Below, piece by piece: positions 59,569 to 64,000 of a stretch of 64,000 nt of DNA. A program made the position numbers and the translations under genes. The stretch lies in the NCBI GenBank assembly GCA_017616555.1, contig JAFZXZ010000017.1:26586-90585 (forward strand), given 5' to 3'. The notes under the pieces were generated by a model that did no database searches, had not been told where the DNA came from, and saw only the letters and a program-made list of their open reading frames with translations. Source of the stretch: a bacterium. Lineage in GTDB: Bacteria > Auribacterota > UBA3054. The number at the start of each line of letters is the position of its first letter. The stretch's first letter is position 1.

Positions 59569-62500
59569 TTGCTTTGCTTGAGTTTTAACTTAAGTGAACG
59601 GTAGTCTGTTTTGCCGGTTCCAAGGAGCGGCATCTCAGGAATATTTATGACGGAAGAGATACGGGCCACATTGCCGATTCCGGCTTCTTTCAGCGCCTCG
59701 TTCGCGTCTTCCACTGTGAGGTTTTCCAATACGGAGAAAATTATGAGTTCCGGCCTCTCCCCTTCTATTTCGCGGCTTTCCACCGCGATCAGGGGACGCT
59801 CGTCACTACTTGGCCAGCGGTGGTTCAAAACGGCTTCCAGAGCCGGCAGGCTGATCATCTCGCCGCCTATTTTCACGAAGCGTTTTTCCCTGCCGGTTAT
59901 GATCAATTGCCCGGCCTTGGTGAAGTAACCGAGGTCGCCGGTGTTGTACCACTTCTCGTTGTCGCCAAGCGTAAGGAAGGGATCGGGCTTGCCTTCCAGG
60001 TACCCCTTGAAGACGCTCACACCTTTGACGACTATGAGCCCCTGGGTTTCCGCGGGCTTGTCTTCATGCGTTTCCAGATCCACGATCTTGACTTCCATTC
60101 CGGCTATCGGGCGCCCGACGCCCACCACTTTGTCCCCTGCCGTAGTAAGGCAGACCAGGGGCGAGCACTCCGTGATGCCGTAGCCTTCGATGACGTTGAT
60201 CTGGGGCGTTCTCAGGGCGAAGAGGTCGAAGAGTTCCTTGGGCGTTTTCTCGCCGCCCACGCCGACCAGTCTCACGGTCTTGAAGAGCTCAGGTTTCCCG
60301 GCTCTGATGATGCCCTTCATGAAGGTCGCCGTGCCGCCCATCACCGTGGCGCTCCATTTGCAAGTGCCGTAGGCCAATTTGCGGTAAGCGGTGGGATCGG
60401 GATAGTGCGCGATCCTGATGCCGCAGATGGTGGGCATCAAGGTCGTCATGGTAAGTCCGAAGGAGTGGAATGGCGGCAGGAAAGAATACAATACGTCGCT
60501 CGCCACGATCTTCGCGTTCAAAAAGACGCCCTGAATATTGTTCAACAGATTGCGGTTGCTTAAAGGCACGCCTTTGGGCACGTTCTCGGAGCCGCTGGTG
60601 AAGAGGATGACCGCGGTATCGTCAGCCGCTTTGTTAAGAAGGCCCCAGGCTCTCAGCATCTTTTCAGCCGAATAGCCTTTCTGCCTCAGGGCTTTCAGTT
60701 TCAGGGAAAGTCCTATTCTCTTCTTCATGTCTTCCACCAAAACCAGCTTCTCTTCCAGAAGCTCCACGGGAAGATTCTCGACTTTATCGACGAAGGCCTC
60801 AGCGGAAAGAATGACTTCAAGATCGGAGGCCGCCACCACGTGTTTAAGATTTGCTTCGCCCAAGGTCCAGTTCAGCATGACGGGGATCTTGCCGGCCAGC
60901 ATGGAGGCGTAAAGAAGTATGTCGCAGAGCACGGTGGAGGGCAGCATGATGCCGATCCTGTCCCCCGGCATCTCCTTAACGAGCGAGGCGAAGACAACGA
61001 CCGCCATCTTGAATTTTTCGTAGCTCAGAATGCCGAAGGTCTCGTCCGCGGCCATGGGAAGTTTCCCACCCCTGTCCAGGGCTTTCAGGAACGCTTCTAT
61101 GACCGTTTCGGCTTCCGGCAGTCCGCAGGGCCTCTCTACTCCCTTGCGCCATTCCTCGGGCGCCAGGGCCACCTGCTCCGGCAGCACCTGCTGGGAAGCG
61201 CTGGCGGCGAAATGCGCGACGGCGGCGATGTTGACGAGCTCCTGGGGCGCCACGTCCGTCACGCCGTAATTGTCCTGGAGCCAGCCCAAGACTTCCGCGG
61301 TCTCAAGGGAGTCCATGCCAAGGTCGTCCGTCAGACGGTCGCCGGGCGTGATCTCTTCCGGCGCCATTTTCTTCATCCTGGCTATTTCCGCAGTCACTTC
61401 CTTAAGTATCTTGGCGTTCAGAGTGCTTTCGTCAACTTTCTCCTTCTCCTTCACCTCCGCCATCACGGGCAGTTTCTTACTCCAGAAATAGAAGGGATAA
61501 AGCTTGAGCTCTTCCCTGCCGAACTGGTCGTGCCACCCTTGCAGCCAGGCGTTCAATATCATCTTGTCCTGGCAGTTCCTGGGGAAGTCGCCGCCCGCCA
61601 TCTCGATCTTTATTTCAATGGGCCGCTTGGGCACGAAGAAGATCAGATTAGCAAGCACGACCTTGACCCCGTGCCAGAGCTGGGCGAACAGCTTTGGACG
61701 GCGGTTCTCGTAAACGTAGGAGAACGAGCTGCCCCAGAAGCCCGCGGCGTGCGACAGCACCACCGGGGCCTCGGGAACTTTGGAAAGGATATAGTGCAGA
61801 CCCGACTTGGCGCCTATGACTTCATGGTCCTGGCGCCAAAGCGCGCCGCCCGGATAAATGAGGACGTTGTCGCCCTGCTTCAGAGCTTCGACCACGGCGT
61901 CCAGGGCCTTCTCGACTCTGCGGCGCTTCCAAGCGGAAACCGTGCCCTCAATGTCGGGCATCGGGATGGCGTCCAGTCTTCTGAAGAGCCACTGCAGGCC
62001 CTTCATATTGTAAAAATCCTCGATGACCACGACTCTGGGATGCGCGGCGTTCCAGAAAGTCAGGACTTCCATGACAGGGTCCATTTCCGCGGGATGGTTC
62101 GGGAGAATGAGAGCGCCTTTCACGCTCTTGATGTTCTCCAAGCCTTCTATAGTTGCGCGGTACCTGAGCTTCATGAGGATCTTGGCGCCCGTGATCATCA
62201 GCGCAACGGAGGGATTGAGTTCCCTGGAACCGTACTTGAAGCCAACGATCAAACTAAGAAGCACGATGACGGCGCAGCAGATCGCGAAGACCGTAAAGGA
62301 CTGGTTGGGATCGATGACGTGCGCCACCTGCAAAAGGAAGAAGACCAGCGTGGATATCAAAGCCGACAGCAAAGCCAAAAGCGCGCTCTGCAAGGAAGCG
62401 CCGATGCCCACGAAATTCCCCTTCTGGCTGATTTCCAGGAAAGTCGAGTCGTTGAGGTTGACCGCGGCCCCGAAGAAGACGCCCATAACGACCGTGCAGA

Positions 62501-63404
62501 TCATGACCGAGGAAGTGGAGTGGCATATCTGGGGAACCAGGAAAATAATGGACCCCATCAGGACCGTAAAGAGGCTTATGAAGATGAAGCGCGCCCTGTT
62601 CATTACGGGCGACACCAGAGTGCCTATTACAGCGCCTCCCGCAGCCGCTACGGGCAGGGTGGCGGCCTGCTGGATAGTCGCATACCCGTTCATGGTAAGG
62701 TAGGCGTTCAGGGCCATCTGGACGGCGTTGGCGCAGCCCCACAAGGAGGCGCCGCAAATGAGAAGCGTCCAGTGCTTCGTAAATACGTCCTTGGTGCCAG
62801 ACAGAATAGAGCGCTGCGTTTCGCCGTAAGAAGTCAGATCCTCGCCCTTGGGCAGGCAGGCAAGGGAAATAATGATCGTAATGATGGAGACGCCGCCCAG
62901 AATGAAATGCCAGCTATTAGGGCAGTGCTGATACATCAGCGTTCCGCAGAAAGCCCCGGGCATGAGTCCGAAGATGAAGACCATGGACATCAGCCCGTTG
63001 ACGGCCGCCATGGACATCTTGAGATTCTTCTGCACGAAAGGAATGGCGGACATCTTGCCGGCGCTGTAAAGCCCGAAGATGATGCCGATAACGGTAAGAC
63101 TCACCCAGAGAGCCGGAATGATCCCGAACTTCAGGCTTAAGAAGATACCTATGAGCAGCAGCAGAACTCCCGCCATGGAAAGCGCCATCACGTAAGCCTT
63201 CTTCATCGCGGAGACCAGCGCTCCCGAGAAGAAGTAGATCAAAGCCGGGCCCACCGTCACGGTGGCCGCCACCGCCTGGGTGATCCAGGCGCGGTCATCC
63301 ATGCCGTAGATGCCCGTCAGCTGTTCCATGACAAAATACTGCATCGCCCCCAGAACGAAGGAGGAGAGCAGCGTGGAAGTCAGCAGTGCCAGAAGGGAAA
63401 ACAT
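59565..63404 (-). CDS. LplT-like MFS / PlsC acyltransferase / ACP / acyl-ACP synthetase fusion (Aas-like)
   Basis: N-terminal multi-TM MFS; NHPAEMD (HX4D) and IYPGG; DLGMDSL phosphopantetheine site; FTSGSENVPKG adenylation domain. Confidence 0.88.
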   Translation of the reverse strand: MFSLLALLTSTLLSSFVLGAMQYFVMEQLTGIYGMDDRAWITQAVAATVTVGPALIYFFSGALVSAMKKAYVMALSMAGVLLLLIGIFLSLKFGIIPALWVSLTVIGIIFGLYSAGKMSAIPFVQKNLKMSMAAVNGLMSMVFIFGLMPGAFCGTLMYQHCPNSWHFILGGVSIITIIISLACLPKGEDLTSYGETQRSILSGTKDVFTKHWTLLICGASLWGCANAVQMALNAYLTMNGYATIQQAATLPVAAAGGAVIGTLVSPVMNRARFIFISLFTVLMGSIIFLVPQICHSTSSVMICTVVMGVFFGAAVNLNDSTFLEISQKGNFVGIGASLQSALLALLSALISTLVFFLLQVAHVIDPNQSFTVFAICCAVIVLLSLIVGFKYGSRELNPSVALMITGAKILMKLRYRATIEGLENIKSVKGALILPNHPAEMDPVMEVLTFWNAAHPRVVVIEDFYNMKGLQWLFRRLDAIPMPDIEGTVSAWKRRRVEKALDAVVEALKQGDNVLIYPGGALWRQDHEVIGAKSGLHYILSKVPEAPVVLSHAAGFWGSSFSYVYENRRPKLFAQLWHGVKVVLANLIFFVPKRPIEIKIEMAGGDFPRNCQDKMILNAWLQGWHDQFGREELKLYPFYFWSKKLPVMAEVKEKEKVDESTLNAKILKEVTAEIARMKKMAPEEITPGDRLTDDLGMDSLETAEVLGWLQDNYGVTDVAPQELVNIAAVAHFAASASQQVLPEQVALAPEEWRKGVERPCGLPEAETVIEAFLKALDRGGKLPMAADETFGILSYEKFKMAVVVFASLVKEMPGDRIGIMLPSTVLCDILLYASMLAGKIPVMLNWTLGEANLKHVVAASDLEVILSAEAFVDKVENLPVELLEEKLVLVEDMKKRIGLSLKLKALRQKGYSAEKMLRAWGLLNKAADDTAVILFTSGSENVPKGVPLSNRNLLNNIQGVFLNAKIVASDVLYSFLPPFHSFGLTMTTLMPTICGIRIAHYPDPTAYRKLAYGTCKWSATVMGGTATFMKGIIRAGKPELFKTVRLVGVGGEKTPKELFDLFALRTPQINVIEGYGITECSPLVCLTTAGDKVVGVGRPIAGMEVKIVDLETHEDKPAETQGLIVVKGVSVFKGYLEGKPDPFLTLGDNEKWYNTGDLGYFTKAGQLIITGREKRFVKIGGEMISLPALEAVLNHRWPSSDERPLIAVESREIEGERPELIIFSVLENLTVEDANEALKEAGIGNVARISSVINIPEMPLLGTGKTDYRSLKLKLKQSK

Positions 63405-63410
63405 AGCGCC

Positions 63411-64000
63411 TTATTTTTCCACCAGGGAGATAAGCGTGTCGGCCACGTACTGTTTCTGTTCCGTCGTGAGTTCCGCGTAGATGGGCAGAGCCAGCGTTTC
63501 GCTTGCGGCCTTCTCGGATTCCGGGAACGCGCCCTTTTTATAGCCCAGATACTTGAAGCATTCCTGCATGTGCAATGAGACCGGGTAATAGATGTCGCAG
63601 CCGATGCCCGCGGCCTTCAGCCCCGCTATCACTTCGTCCCTTCTGGGCACGCGCACGATGTACTGGTTGAAGATCATATAATTCCCGGCCATTTCCTTCG
63701 GCGTAATGATCTTTTCGCATTTCTCGAAAGCCTTGGTGTAGAAAGCCGCGTTAGCTCTGCGGCCTTCATGCCAGTCGTTGAGATGCGGAAGCTTGACGCT
63801 CAGAACCACAGCCTGCAGGGCGTCCAGCCTGAAGTTGCCGCCGATGTACTGGTGGTAATATTTCGGATGCATGCCGTGCACTCTCATCTTCTCGAGTTTA
63901 GAAAAGAGTTCGTCGTCGTTGGTGGTGACCAATCCGCCGTCGCCCGCGCCGCCCAGGTTCTTCGAGGGGAAGAAGGAGAAGCAGCCCACGGTTCCCATGG
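63411..64000 (-). CDS. DegT/DnrJ/EryC1/StrS aminotransferase, 5'-truncated by the window end
   Basis: [33 protein letters not shown]. Confidence 0.9.
   Translation of the reverse strand, partial: MGTVGCFSFFPSKNLGGAGDGGLVTTNDDELFSKLEKMRVHGMHPKYYHQYIGGNFRLDALQAVVLSVKLPHLNDWHEGRRANAAFYTKAFEKCEKIITPKEMAGNYMIFNQYIVRVPRRDEVIAGLKAAGIGCDIYYPVSLHMQECFKYLGYKKGAFPESEKAASETLALPIYAELTTEQKQYVADTLISLVEK

Noticed and set aside
55400-63140. ORFs 55400..56626 (-) and 60840..63140 (+)
   Set aside because: Antisense to well-supported MFS-HEAT and Aas-like genes

Overview
Bacterial chromosomal window (standard code, GC-rich codon third positions) from a diderm, probably anaerobic organism: it encodes BamA, PEP-CTERM proteins, Rnf subunits, DapL and a Bat operon. 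The lineage cannot be fixed from the sequence; the gene mix is PVC-like. In order, the window holds: two tandem PEP-CTERM surface-protein paralogues (the first, 1-3128, is missing from the ORF track); a MoxR/Bat operon behind a canonical sigma54 promoter; metY, rpsT, gdhA; a LysM-bearing pseudokinase coupled to ligA; lpdA; a hairpin-rich intergenic element; a dapL-folK-rnfDGEA operon; bamA; a DnaA-box cluster; a third PEP-CTERM gene; and tadA. Next comes a three-gene Wadjet type II / MksBEF-like SMC operon that lacks the JetD nuclease, has beta-clamp-like motifs and a histone-H1-like tail, and runs directly into cdd. After it lie a small AT-richer accessory block (GNAT, RelE/ParE-RHH toxin-antitoxin, an orphan with a poly-T promoter, an AlbA_2-wHTH gene followed by a 12-bp repeat array), prmA-GNAT, pgm, rpe, an MFS-HEAT fusion, an LplT-PlsC-ACP-synthetase fusion with a duplicated synthetase, and a partial DegT aminotransferase. 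The nuclease-less SMC operon is the strongest candidate for an undescribed system. No rRNA, tRNA, CRISPR array, integrase or transposase was seen. All family calls come from motif recognition by eye, not database searches.
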